Part shown: one piece after another, positions 11,901 through 26,100 of the stretch
Position numbering within the stretch: position 1 is the first letter of the stretch
How the letters are laid out: each line of letters opens with the position of its first letter
DNA from: Phaeosaccion multiseriatum
Taxonomy: Eukaryota > Protista > Ochrophyta, other classes
Direction: 5' to 3'
Length of the DNA: 64,000 bases
Assembly (NCBI GenBank): GCA_965112735.1
Contig: OZ218957.1
Coordinates: 682,001 to 746,000 of the forward strand
Notes under the pieces: generated by a model
The model's database searches: none
Told to the model about the DNA's origin: nothing
Seen by the model: only the letters and a program-made list of their open reading frames with translations
Program-made: the position numbers and the translations under genes

Positions 11901-14900
11901 GAGTGACACAGCTGACAGCGACGGCAGCGAGTCAGAGGCCGCCTACCTGATCGTGGACGTGCTGCCAGCGGCGAGTAAGGCAGTTGGTAGTACAGCAGTC
12001 AGTGGTGCTAGTACGGCAGTTGGTGGTACGGCGGCAGCAGCTGGCGGCGGCGAGTGGGGGTGGCCTCGAGTGCTGTCCACCAACGAGGGAGAGGACCTGT
12101 TCCTTGGGTCAGGGCTGGACTTGTGGGAAGAACAGGTGGAGAAGGAGAAGGGGGAGGAGACTGATGCGGTAGTTGGTGATACAACACAGGAGTGGACTCT
12201 GCAGGCGCGTCACGGCTGGCTGCTGCTGGGGCCTGGGGAGAGAGAGCTGGTGCGGGAGGAGGAGGACGACGAAAAGTCGAGGACCTCGAGACAGGATGTC
12301 GTGATCCGGGGCCTGGCCTCGAGTACTGTGCTGGAAGAGCAGCGCATCCGTCTGCGAGTGCCGTGGGCGTATGAGGTCCAACGCATTAGTGTACCGCAGA
12401 GGTGCTGCAGCAGTTGGTCATCCAACAACAGCAGTACTAACAGCACCAGCTCTGAAGGAGGCGAGGGTGTGCTGTTGTCGTTTGCACAATCGGGCGGCGG
12501 CGGAGGCAATCTCACGAGCTTCTTCAGCAGCTCGACATCCAACACCAACAGCACCAACGCCACCACAGATGGCAGCGACGCATCAGGCTGGGACGGAGTC
12601 AGTGCCCACGACCTACAGGGTGCGATTGAGGCCCTACCAGGAGTGGGCCAGGTGAGTGTATCGCGGCATGACTACCCAGCAGGGTCAGAGGGAGGAGGAG
12701 ATGAAGGAACAAGAGACTACCTTGTGACCTTCCTCACCAATGGCGGCGATCTACCTCTGCTGGCCGCCGAGGCCACCACAAATGGCAGCAGCGGGGACAG
12801 CAGCTATGGCAATTGGTCTTCCACCTACTCCATCGCGGTGGAGGAGGAACAGGCCGGGTCCACTGTGAACGAAGTACAGCGAGTGGTTCTTCGCTCGGAG
12901 GAGGCGCTGACAAATGGCACCTTTCGCCTCACAGTGGCGACGACGTCAATGTCACAGCAGCGCTTCGAGACCACGTCCTTGCCACACAATGCCACGAGCG
13001 AGGAGGTAAGGCGTGCACTGTCGCTGTTGCCCAACGTGGGTCACGTGTTGGTCGTCTCCGTGCGAGAGAGCGAGTCTGTGAGCTTCACACCGGGCTGGAA
13101 CTCGTCGCTATGGAACGACACGAGCTACAGTAGCAGTTGGTCATCCAACAGCAGCACCAACAGCAGCACCAACAGCAGCAGCGACGAGAGTTTTAGTTAC
13201 ACCTACGTGGAGAGCGAGTGGGAGGTAACCTTTGTCTCCGATGGCGGCGACTTGCCCCTCATGACTGCCCTCTGGCAAGAAGGCTCGAGCGACAAGTCCA
13301 ACGATTGGTCATCCAGCAGAAGGAGGAGGGTAACGTCCTGTGAGGACTGCGCATCCTTCTCATCGGGGTGGGACACCGCCACAGAGACAGAGGTCGGTCC
13401 TCGCATGGAAGTGGAGGAGGTGACCGCAGGCACAGAGCCCCTCCGCGGCAGTTTCAGCTTGAGCTTCCCCACCGGGGTTAGAGATACAGTTGGTGGCACA
13501 GTTGGTGATACGATGGCGACGACTCGCCCCATCTCCATCGGGGCCACCGCTGCCAGCCTCAAGAATGCCCTGGAGGAGTTGGAGGGCATTGAAAGCGTGA
13601 GGGTGAAGCGTGAGGGCCAGGCTTCTCCGCAGGGGGAAATGGACTGGACGGTTACCTTCGACACAGCGAGAGGAGATGAACCCACCCTCGTCGTACTACT
13701 GCAAAACTCGGAGGAGGAGGAGGGAGAGGGGCAGGGGGGGACGGTTTCATCGTCCGGAGGCGGTGGAGTACTGGGGCTCTCTGGTACGGATGCATCCATT
13801 CGAGTCCACACCACGGCCAATGGACTTGCGCCCACCGGGGGACGCTTCCTCCTCTCTGCGCGGTCTGCCTCCTCCTCAGACGACAAGGGAGGTGGGGAGG
13901 TGTTGGGTGTAACCGACGCACTGCCGCACAACATCACTGCCCACGCGCTGCAGAAGGAGTTGCGGAGGCTGGGGGGGGGTCGGGGCGGGCTGTTGGAGAA
14001 TGTCACCGTCGAAACCGTCGAAACCGTCGACTTGATGACCATGAGCTCTATGGAGGATGACTTGGTGGGTGGGCAAGCCGCCTCCTCTTGGAAGGAGGGG
14101 ACCTCCAGGGGATGGGCGGTGCGGCAGACCAACGCTACCCTCTTCATCCACGACGCCTCCCTCTTGACGGGCACTATGACTGGGGCTCAGGTGGTGCAGC
14201 GGCGTTGGGATGATGACGTCAGAGGAAGTGACGGGGATGATGGAGGGGACACGTTGGTCATCGTCACCAGAGCGAGGCTGCCAGACTACATCAGCGAAGT
14301 GCAGGAGCTCTTCTGCAGCAGTTGGTCATCCAGCAGTAGTAGTAGCAGCAGCAGCAGCAGCAATGGCAGCACGAGCAGCAGTGAGGAGGTTTCACCACCC
14401 TTCAACTTCACTCTCTCCTTCCGAGGCGAGACGACCCCCTCGCTCCTGTCCACCGCCCCTGCTTCGCCCGATCTGCTGCCCGATTGCCATTCGGTGCCAT
14501 CGACGGAGGCCTGCGCCGGGGATGGGAGCAGCATCCAGGAGGCCTTGCAGAAGCTCCGAAGCATTGATAGCGTTGATGTGCACTACGTCGACTCCTCCTC
14601 CTCCTCCTCCTCCTCCTCCTCCTCCTACTTGTCCTCTTCATCCGGAGTGGCAGGGGAGGGGCGATCCATCTGTGAATCCGGCGGGCTGCGGGTGACCTTC
14701 ACCGGACAGGATGGGGACTTGCCCCTCCTCACAGCCTCGACATCATCATCCTCCTCATCATCGAGCTCGAGTCCTTCCTCCTCCTCTTCTTCTTCTTCTT
14801 CTTCTTCTTCTTCTTCTTCTTCGTCTTCTTCTTCTTCTTCTTCTTCTTCTTCTTCCACCTTCCAACTCGCAGCGCGTGAGGTGGTGAAGGGAAGCGCACC

Positions 14901-15725
14901 CTTCGTGAGGGAGGTGCAGCGCGTCACCGTTCGGAGAGACACCGACCATGCCTTCTTCCGTCTGACCAGGCACTCCACTCCCGGGGGAGGAGCCGCCACA
15001 GGCGCTCCAGGGGAAGGAGCTGCGACCGCTGCCGCTGCTAAGGCCGTGACTCTTCCTGTCAATGTGAGCGCCGCCGGACTCCGAGCTGCCGTGGGGGCAG
15101 AAGAGGTCACTCGGTGGCCCCCCGGGGGGGGGGATGGGGCAGATGGCGACGACCAAGACTCTGCGGTGTATGTGCACACGGTCACCTTCCCCCTGCAAGC
15201 CGGACCACAGCCCTTGCTCGCTCCCAGAGCCGTCTCCAGCAACAACAACAGCAGCAGCAGCAGCAGCAGTGGTAGTAGTAGTAACAGCAGCAGTTGGTCA
15301 TCCAACAACAACAACACCAGCAGCACTTCTGATGCTAGCCTGGTAACGGCAGAGCGAGCCGTAAGGGGGAGCACTCCCTTCTGGGGCACCTTCACACTCG
15401 GCCTTGTCCCGAGCAGTACCAAGAAGGAGGAGGGTCAGCGTTTGGGCGCGGGAGAAGCCTCTTTCCCTACCACCACCCTTCCTTGGGACGCCTCGGTGAC
15501 CCAAGTAGAGGCGGCTCTGGGGCGCCTCGGCCTGGTCAGTGGCGGGGGAGGAGGAGGAGGAGGAGTGAGGGTCAGCAAGTCGCAGCATCCGTCGGCGGGC
15601 GTCTTTGGATCACTGTGGACCGTCGCCGGGGTGGAGAGAGGCCAACGGATCGTTGTGGTGGAGGAGTCTCTCCAATCACCGCAGGTGTGTGCGTGTGTGC
15701 GTGTGTGCGTGTGTGCGTGTGTGCG

Positions 15726-15766
<41 letters not shown>

Positions 15767-16782
15767 GTGTGTGTGTGTGCGTGTGTGTGTGTGTGTGTGC
15801 GTGTGTGTGTGTGTGCGTGTGTACGTGTGTGCGTGTGCTCCGAGATTTGTGTTTGCGTTGGGTACTTTCGTACCCCGAAGGAAAGGGGTGGGGGAGGGGG
15901 GAATTCACCTACCCATATACCTTTCCCCCCTTCCCCCCCCACAGCCTCTCACCTCACCCCCCTTCTCCTCCCCACTCTGCCCTGCCAACAGGTGTATTGC
16001 ACAGACGGGCTTCTCGGGCCAGCAGAGGCCGATATTAAGTGCGAGTTCCTAACGCCAACCCCAGGGGGCGAGGAATGGGGTGGGGACTTCCCCCCGGGGG
16101 GCATGGACTACTCCGACGAAGGCGTGTGCGTGGATGGTAGTTGGTGCTCCACAGGGCCTTCGTTGGGCGTTCACAGTTGGGGTGGATGCAAGATGTGCGA
16201 GGACGCTGAAGGTGATGAAGAGGAAGATGATCATGATGATCATGATGATGTACCGCGTCAACCAACTGTCTATGTCTCTATGCTACGGCGGGAGGTACGG
16301 CTGGTGGCTGCGGTCGGCAATGGCAGTGGCGGTGGCAGTGACGTGGACAGTGATGACAGTGACGACACTGAGACTCCAACTCACACCGCAAGCACTCAGA
16401 GGGCGCTCCTTCGCGCAGCCCTTCGCGAAACCATCTACCGCCCCGCTCCTCTGTGGAACGCAAGACTTGGGGGGTATGATCAGGTCACGCTCAACCCACC
16501 CCCCGGGGGAAGTAGTAGTGCCGGGGTTCAGCGGCTGCAAGTGGCGGTTTCAGCCGTGAACCATCCCCCTGTCGTAGAGAGCACGGGGAAGGAGGGTGTA
16601 ACGGCCACGGAGGGGATGGCGGCGAGGGTCAGGGGCATCCGAGTCACAGATTCGGACGTGGATGAGCAATGGCTGGAGCTATCCCTGTCCGCCAGGGAGG
16701 GAAGTCTTCGATTCGGCTCTCTGGAGGGCCTTATGGTGGTGGATGGAGGAGGTCAGAGGGAAGGGCAGGGCAGCAACAGTAG

Positions 16783-16813
<31 letters not shown>

Positions 16814-19800
16814 TTGGGAGTCGGCAGCTCAAGCAGGCCAAGCGGTCCTGACACCAGGAGCAGCAGCGGGAGGGTTCTTCGCGTCCGGGGCCCTCCACAC
16901 ATGATCGCCAGCGCCGCGGACCATCTCTACTACACGCCCTTCTTCCGAGGGAGTGAGAGCAGCAGTCACGGGAATTGGAATCGGAATTGGAATCGGAAGC
17001 GGAACAACGGCACGGCGGATGATGACGTCACAAGCTCGAAGCAGCAGCAGCAGCAGCAGCAGCAGCAGAGGGTTACGGTGTTGACGCTTTTGCCTGCCAC
17101 TCCGACGGCGGCGGAGGCTGCTGCTACTGCTGGTGACGTGACTTATACCGTCACCACCTCCGTCCGCAAAGGGTTCATCGACGGCAACTTCCAGCTGGCG
17201 GTGTCGTGCCTCCCTCTGAATGAGGCATTTTTGCAGGAGATTGGAGCGGATGGGGTCGGCAATGCGGTGGGCAATGGGACGTATGGCAGTTACAGCAGTT
17301 ACAGCTTCTCCAACCTTACCTCCGTACTAACGGCAGAGCTGCCCAGCAACGCGACGGCCACTCAGCTCGAAGTAGAGCTCAACGAGGCGCTGGAAACCTG
17401 CACATCCGCTCTCTCCGCGACATGGATACGCGTCAACAGCAGCAGCAGCAGCAGCAGCAATAGCAGCAGCTACAGCAGCAGTAGTACTTTCAACGCCACC
17501 TCGCTTTCGAGGCCGACGGCGGTGGTGCGCAGGGGCGAGACGGACCAGCACGGAGGAAGCGTATGGGCGGTTCGGCTGCTGAACCTCCTACCTTCTTCCT
17601 CCTCTTCCTCCTCATCCTCATCCTCATCCTCTTCTTCTTCATCCACCGTTTATGGAGAAGTCTTATCTGTTTCTTCCAACAACCTCACTAACCAGGGCCT
17701 GCCCCCCTCGGGTTGGGGATGGCAGTCTGCGGTGGACGGGGCCGCACGGATGGCAGCTTACGGCTTTGAAGGCGTGGAGCAAGTCACTCCTGACGTCACC
17801 GCCGCCGTCGTCATCATGCCGATGACAGAAACCGATCCCGCATCGCAAGGGTTGGCCACTTTTGTGCTGGAGCGGCAAGACGGGGTAGAGAACAGCAGCA
17901 GCAGCAGTTGGTCATCCAGCAGCAACAACAGCAACCGCCGAGTCACAAATGGAAGCAGCAGCAGTTGGTCATCCAGCTTTCACCTGCAGGGAAGTGCAAC
18001 GGCAGAGGAGGTGCGGCGAGGGTTGGAGGGCATGGGGCTTGACGTTAAGAGCGTCACCAGCGACGGACCGGGGATCTGGATGGTGATGGAGTGGGAGGAG
18101 GAGGACACCGAGACAGATGCAGAAGCGGAAGCGAGCTCGTTTCGGATCGAGTCGGACACCGACACCTCTTCCCCCTCTTCTTCTTCTTCTTCTTCTTCTT
18201 CTTCTTCTTCTTCTTCTTCTTCTTCTTCGTCGTCGTCGTCTTCTTCTTCTCTGCTGAAGGGCTTTGCGCTGACGCCGGGCTATACTCTGCGAGTGGAACG
18301 GCGCTACGTGCCCACCTCCCTCCTGCCCCGCTCCGACCTCATCCGAGTGGAGGTGGTGGACGGTGAGGGGCAGAGGGCGGAGGCGACGGTGGGAGTGACC
18401 ATCGCACCATCGGTGAGAGCTCCTGTCGTGGCCTTTCCCGACGACCTGCAGCAGCAGTTGGTGAGACGGCGACAGCAGCAGCAGCAGCAGCAGGAGGAGG
18501 AGGAGGAGGAGGAGGAGGAGGGGGAAGGGGGGCAGCGGCATGGGGAGCAGTTGGTGCTACAGCAGCAACCTCGAGCCGTGCCGCTGACGAACCTCAGCAT
18601 TGTCAGTAGCGAGGAGGGGCCACACGTGCTTACTCTGACCGCGTCGAGAGGGACCTTCCTCGTCACGCCCTTGGACCCGACTACTCTGACCTCGACATCG
18701 ACCTCAACATCAATCTCGACATCAATCTCGACAACGACTCTGCAGGGTTCCTCGGTGCAAGCTCTACAACAAGCCTCGATTCTCTTCCTGCCCCCCTTGC
18801 ACTTCACAGGGCCGGTGGAGCTCACAGGCGTGTGTATGTCCAACTCGTCCAGCCTCGTCAGTGCCCGAGCCAGCACCGTGGTCTTTATACATGGCTCCAA
18901 CACACCACCTGTCCTATCGGCGCCCTCTCACGTCTCCGTCAGGGGCGGGGTGATGACAAGTACCACACTCACGGGCATATCGCTGTGGGACAGTGAGGAT
19001 TCCGAGCTGAGTATTCAACAAGGCAGCGGTGGTGATGGTGGTGGTGGTGCGGTCATGGGCCTAAGCCTGGTGGAGGTGAAGATGGAGGTGAAGCACGGCT
19101 CTCTCACCCTGCCGCAGCATCAACACCATCAGAGTCTCGGACTCGAGCATGGGGAAGGGCTCGCGCAGCTGCTCACGCAAGGCTCCGGCGTGGATGACAA
19201 GGTGCTGGCGGGTCGAGTAACCCTCCCTGTGGCGGCCTCCTGGCTGGAGGGATTGGTCTTTCGCCCTGCCGCACCGCGCTTAGGCCAAGGCTTGGAGGAC
19301 TCGGACCTCCCTTCTTCTTCTTCTTCTTCTTCTTCTTCTTCTTCTTCTTCTTCTTCTTCTTCTTCTTCTTCTTCTTCTTCTTCTTCTTCTTCTTCTTCTT
19401 CTTCTTCTTCTTCTTCTTCTTCTTCTTCTTCTTCTTCTTCTTCTTCTTCTTCTTCTTCTTCTTCTTCTTCTTCTTCTTCTTCTTCTTCTTCTTCTGTCTC
19501 TGGCTCTAGCTCTGGCGACGACGCTGGCGATGATTATACACATGACACACTTGTGGTGAGTGTAACGGACTCTGGAGGGCTACAGACCACACACACCATG
19601 ACCATTTTGGTGGAGACCGTCAACGCGAGTCCGGTCTTCGAGTTATCTACGCGCCTCTCACGCGAGGTGGTGCTTCTGCGTGAGGACTCACAGTTGGCAT
19701 TGGAAGGCATTCGTGTCTCGGATGCTGACCTTGCGGAGACGGAGAGTGAGATGAGTGGAGACAGGGCAGGAGCTTACACGCTGGAGCTCCGGGCGACGTA

Positions 19801-20098
19801 TGGGAGCTTTGCGCTACCGAGCGGTTGGTCATCATCATCATCAGCACCATCCACCAGCAGCAGCAGCAGCAGTTGGTCATCCAGTGGTCCTGCGGCTGAT
19901 GCTGGAGCAGAGGAGCAGTTGGTGGTCCAAGAGCAACAAGTGGTGACGTTTACATCCAGTCTAGCGAGGGTGAATGCTCTCCTGGCACATACCGTGTACG
20001 TGCCTCCATCAGACTGGTACGGCTTGGAGGAGCTCTCCCTCACCGTCCGAGACAGGGGGCAGGACTTTATCAGTTGGTCATCCAGCAGCAACAGCAGT

Positions 20099-20129
<31 letters not shown>

Positions 20130-23100
20130 AGGTTCAAGTGGTGACGAAAGTGGTGCGGGTGCTCGTGGAGCCTCTGAACGATGCGCCCGTCGTGGAGGTG
20201 GCCCAACTCGGCGAGGTGGTGCTCCAACCCCAAGAGGGCGTTTACTCACAAATGGGGTACCCGCAGCAGCAGCAGCACCAGGAGCAGCAGCAGCAGGCTC
20301 CGTGCTCGAGCTCATCCTGCGGGGCTTGCTTTCGAATCACCGATGTGGACGCTGGTCCCCTGGAGCTCATGAAGATCACTCTCACGGCATTGTCTTCGTC
20401 CTCCTCCTCTGGCCAGCCTTTACTGCTGCGTCTCTCGCCTGATTACAGGCCCTCGGCGCTCCCCTTCTTGGCTCCTGGTCTCACCTTCCTTTCGTCGGAA
20501 GGAGGAGGAGGAGGAAAAGAGGAAGGATGGCAGCAGGATCAGGAGCAGTTGGTGACACAGCAACAGGCTGGCAACAATGCCTCTGCTGTGCTGCGCTTCG
20601 AAGCCACTGTGGCTGAGGCTAACAGAGCCCTTTCCTACCTCGTTTGCGAAGGTGGTGGAGGAGACGACAACGACAATGACGAAACGGAAATCTCATCTGG
20701 AGGGGCAGGAATCGTACCCGGTGTCGGGACGGCAGAAGATAGAGGGGGGCCGATGGTCCAGTGTAGCGTTTCGGACGCACACGGGGCGGAGTCCAGAGTC
20801 TCTGAAATGTCAGTGAAAAGGGTGCGAGTTTCAGTTTCTGAGGTCGCTGGAACAAGTGAAACTGGTCAGTCCGGCTCAGGCTCAGCAATGGTTTCCGGAT
20901 CGACACGCCTGCAGTGGACTCCAGTCTCTCTCCCCATCGCAGCCAAGCTAGTGCCGGTGCGGCTGTCGCTGTCAGCCGAGCCCAACGGGGTCCAGAGGCG
21001 AGAGGGGGCAGAGGGAGATGAGGAGGAGGAAGAGGAGGAGGAGGAGGAGGAGGAGGAGGACGACGACGACGACGAGACTTTCCGTGTCGATTTGGGCACT
21101 GGTGCTGTGTTGGGCCTCGCGTTGGAGGAGGAGGCCCAAGCAGGTGAAGCAGAACGAGAACGGGACATGGCACTGGCACTGAAATTGAAGTTGAGGCTGT
21201 CCGTCACCTCCACCTTCGGTGCCGTCACCTTTGCCATGCCTCCGAGCAGCATGGTAACGACATTGGCGCGGCCCTCCTACACCCGGGGAGGAGGAGGAGG
21301 AGGAGGAGGAGGAGGAGGAGGAGGAGGAGGAGGAGGAGGAGATGATTACGACGGTTACGACAGTTTCAGCGCCAGTTACACGGCCTCGATCGAAGGCACC
21401 GCATCCGAGCTATCAGCGGTGCTGTCTCGCGGCCTGCTCTACCACTACCCCGTTGTTGGCGACGACCTTGCGAATGATGTGGATATCGACACCTTGACCT
21501 TGCGTGCCGTTCCCCTCCTCCATGCAGAGACAGGGGCACAAACGGAGGGAGAGGGAGAAGGAGAGGGAGGGGAGGAGGAGAAGGAGGCAGTGGTGTATCT
21601 ACCAGTGCTCCTGGGGGGCGCAAGGGCGAGGCGTCGAGCCCGTTACGCCCCTCGTGTGACGGTTTCGGACACACACAGTCACGTGCATATCCACTCCTAC
21701 ACGCAGCCCTCGAGCATTTGGGGAGTACGAATAGGGTCATCAAGAGGGTCCAGAGGGTCTGCAGGAGTTTCCAGTTCCAGTGCTGGCGGTTCGAAACGGG
21801 AGGAGGAAGAAGAGGAGGAGGAATATCGCACGACTGCTGTGACGCTGGTGGTGGGTGTCACAACTGGCGAAGACAGCGGAGGAGACACGAATGGCAGCGA
21901 CGGTGGAGGTGGGGGTGTATCACCAACTGGTGGGGGTGGTGAGCTGCTGATGCTACCTGAGCACCCCCCTGGGCTGTGGGTGGAGAAGCTGAGCGAATCG
22001 GCCCTGGTGATCCGGGGCTCGCCCTTGCACATCAATGCCGCCCTAGACAGAGGCGCCCTCAAGTACAAGGGGATGTGGGTTGCTACTGCTGAATCACCAA
22101 CTGCTGAGGCGTCTTCGTCCTCTTCTTATGTGGTGGGCTTTGAGCTGCTCATGGAAGGAGGAGGAGGGGGAGAGGAAGGAGGACGAAGAGGAGGAGGAGG
22201 GAGCGCTCGTCAGCAGGCGCCGCAGGTGCTCGTCACTCTCCACCCTCCCCCCCCAACCATTCAAATCGGAGACCCAATGCAGCAGTCACATGGGCAGCAG
22301 CAACAAACGTCACTGTCGTCTCTCCGTGTCTTGGAGGGAGGGAGGGCCTCCCTAGAGGGTCTCCGGGTCGTTGCTTCCGACGAGGACAAGCGCATATTGA
22401 AGCTCCGCATTGCCTGTGGCAAGGGCGCCATCCTAATCACCACCTCCTCCAGCTATGGCGACGGCCAGGACGAGGAGGTGGAGGCAGAGGCTGCGAGAGT
22501 ACTTGGTGACGAGGATCTCCCCAGTGAGAGTGAGGGAGGACAACGTATGGACAGGGGTAGCGGCGGTGGAGCGCAAGTGTTGAGGGGTACCGCGAGGGCG
22601 CTCAACCAATTGCTACGAGCGTCGCAAGTGAGCTTCATCCCTACGCCCCTCTTCAACGGATTCACGACCATTGACCTCGAACTGAAACTGGAGCATGGCG
22701 ACGACGAGGAGGGAGGTGGAGTCTTGCTGGCATCAGTTTCCGTTCCGGCGTTGGTGGAGGCGGTTAACGACCCGCCGGTCCTCGTGTTGGCACAACAACA
22801 ACAACAACAACAACAACAACACCAAGAGCAGAGCACCAACACGCCAGCCTTCACCTCCATGCTCGAGGACGACCTGCTCTCCCTGTTGGGCGAGGTGCAC
22901 GTGATAGACTCCGATGCACATGAGACCAGGGGGGCGCAAGTAGACATGTTGGTGGTTGTGCTGGGTGGGTTGGAGGAGGGGGGGGGGGGGTCGCTTTCCT
23001 TTGCCTGCCTGAATGGGCGGCAGCAACAGCAGCAGCAGTTGGTGATACAGCAGCAGCAGTTGGGGATGGGAGTTGGGGACGTGAGTGTCACGGCGTTCGA

Positions 23101-26100
23101 TTCCTTCCCCATGGACTGGGCGGTGGCAGTGGAGGAGGAGGAGGGGGTGGGAGGAAGCGAGGAACGAAGACCAACCGCACGGGCGGCAATAGGAGCAGCA
23201 CGCACAGCAGCAGCAGCAGCTGCAGCGGCAGCAGTTGGTGATACAGCAGCAGCAAATATCACCACCACCACCACTACTAGCTGGAATCCGTGCTTGCCCC
23301 GAGTACTGGCGACGAGGAGGAGGGGGGAGGGCGACGACGATGGAAGCGACGGAAACAGTGACTCCTCCTCCTCCTCCTCCTCCTCCTCCTCTCCCTCTTC
23401 ACCCCGCGTGGCCGTTGCGCTGCTCCTACGCGGGAGTGTGGAGCGCATCAACACAGCGCTCGAGAGGGTAACGTTTCGCCCGCCTCCGGACTTTGGGGGC
23501 AGGGCACGCGTGGCGATGGCAGTGGATGATCGAGGCAACACGGGCCCTGTTGCACGGGAGACGGTTGCGGTGATGGAGGTGGAGGTGATGCCTATCAATG
23601 ATGCGCCTCAGGTGATGTTTGGGGCACAGGTGTATACGGTGCTGCCACCTGTTGGGGCTGGGGCTGGAGCACCAACTGCTGGGGCTGGGGCTGGGGTGGT
23701 GGCGTTGAAGGGTCTCAGAGTGCTGGACGTTGATGTGGTTGGCGACGACGCGGATGATGAGGTGATGGAGGTGACGCTCACCACCAATGCTGGGAAACAC
23801 GAGAGGGACGGGGAGGAGGAGAAGGAGGAGAAGGGTCTCTTGAACAACAACAGCAGCAGCAGCAGCAAGACGCTGAACATAACCTCCGTCTTCTTCTCCT
23901 TCCCTGGCAAGCCCGACACTGTGGAGCTTCATGCACTATCGAGCACCTCGACTCTCCTCCGCGGCTCCCTGCAGGACCTCAATCTCGCACTGGCGACGGC
24001 CCTGTACCACCCACCGTCCAAGAAGAAGCAGCAACAGCTTGTAACGCTCATAACGGCGGTGGCAGTGGACGGATATGGGGCTGTGAGCAAGACGGAAGAA
24101 GTGGCGGTGGTGCGGCTGAGCGGTGCTCATGCTCTTCGAGAGACTATGGGAATGGCAGGGGATGCTGATGGGACTGGGGTGGCAGTGGATGGCAGAGGTT
24201 CATCACCCAGCAGATGGGGGGTTGTCTTGGCACCCTCTTCTTCTCGTCTGACGGTGAACGAAAGCGAAGTGACGCCGCTGGTGGGGCTCACCATCGTCTC
24301 CGCATCTGCCGCGGCAGTTGGTGATACAGCAGCAGCAGCAGCACATGAACATGATGAGGAGGACGAGGAAGAGGCGCTGGTGACGGTTTCAGTCGAGGCT
24401 CGACATGGTCTAGTAGCCCTGCAGGTCGGAGGTGGGGTGGGGGGGCATGTCGTTGCGGAAATCTCTCCCGGGCGGTGGCCCATAAGCGATCTCAAGCCCT
24501 CACTGAGCTTCACAGGCCGGCTGCCAGCTGTAAATGCGGCGCTGCTGGACCACCAACTCGTGTATGTGAGTGAGAAGCAGAACGGCGGGCACGGACAGGC
24601 CGTCCACGATGTCGTGACGGTGCGCGCGGTTACGTACGCGTATGTAAGTGAGGAGGAGATGGCAGCGGACGGCGCAACTGAGATGGAGATGGCAGCAGAG
24701 GGCGAGGTGAGGATTGTAGTGCTGCCCGTCAACACGGCCCCTCGCATTTCCGCCCCTGTCAACCTCAACGCCAAGAGCGAGAAGAGTGGGCTACTGCAGC
24801 AGCAGCAAAGTGGGCATCCCGCGGACCCCCAAGCTGGCCAGGGACCGGGACAGGCCCAGCTACAGCATGTGGTGCTCCGCGGCCTCCAAGTGGCGGACTC
24901 CGACAGCGGTGAAGACGCACTCCTCTCTGTGAACTTGGGGGTTTCGAGTGGGTCCCTCTCGCTGCCCACCACCTCCGGCCTCTCCTTCTTCTCGCCGGAG
25001 GAGGGCGAGGGAGCCGAGGAAGGCGCTGGAGGCCTGGTTGGCGGGCAAGCGCCAGCGCAAATTCACATTCAGGGCAACCTTGTCAACCTCAATCACGCCC
25101 TGGCAACGATGCTGGTGCACCAACATGACCATGTGAGGAACAGTAGCGTCAGCACTTTTGGCGACGACGTAGACGACGACAGTGGATTCGACTCAGTGAA
25201 GGTAAAGAGCGAGTTCGTCGTGTTGGTGGTGGTGGAAGACGCTGAGGGGGCGAGTACGGCCTTGCTCGTCCCAGTGCAGGTGCGGATGGCAGTGGAGGGA
25301 GAGGACGAGGGGATGGGGTCTGCTGGTGCTGCTCTCTGGACGGAGGTGCGCTTTCCGGCGGCGGGGTATTGGCGGAACGGGACAGAGGATGGAAGAGCCG
25401 TTAATCTGGACGGCATCAGACTTCAGATGGCAGTGGATGGTGGGGATGGGGTGGAGGTGGGGGGGGCAGAGGGGCCGTACTTTGATGTTTCTGTAACGGT
25501 GGGGCACGAAGCGACACTCGAGGAGCAGCACATTACCACCCACGCAGAGCCAAGGAACGCAGTCCAGTTTATTGAGAGCGGGGGCAACAGCAGCGACTTC
25601 AACTTCAACATCACCATGCGCTTTCCCTCCTCCTCCGGCTACTTGGACAAGAGCAATGAGACCACCGCCGCCATCACCACAACCAACCTGGCAATGTGGT
25701 ACAACGCGGTCGCCAATGCTGACGACGCACAGATGGGCCGAGGAGAGGGTTTTGAGAGCGCGGAGTCTGTGCAAAGCAAGCTCCTCTCTCTTCCAGGCAT
25801 CAAGGCCCTGGCGCTGGACGTGTTCGTCACCCGAGAAGTAGTCACAGATGGCTCTGATTCTGGTGGGTATCGCTGGCGGGTGACCTTTGTCGACGCTCCG
25901 CACGACCTTCCGGAGATAGAGGTGGTCGGAGGAGGCGCGAGCGGTGCCAGCGCCGGAATGCTCATCCCTCCTAACCGAGTGAGTGGAGGCTTTGCTCTCT
26001 CTTTCGCGGGGCACTCTACTTCTTCTACGACAAGTGGCGACAACGACGAAACCGATGAAACCGATGACGACGAAGCCAATATCACCCACATGTTCCTTCC

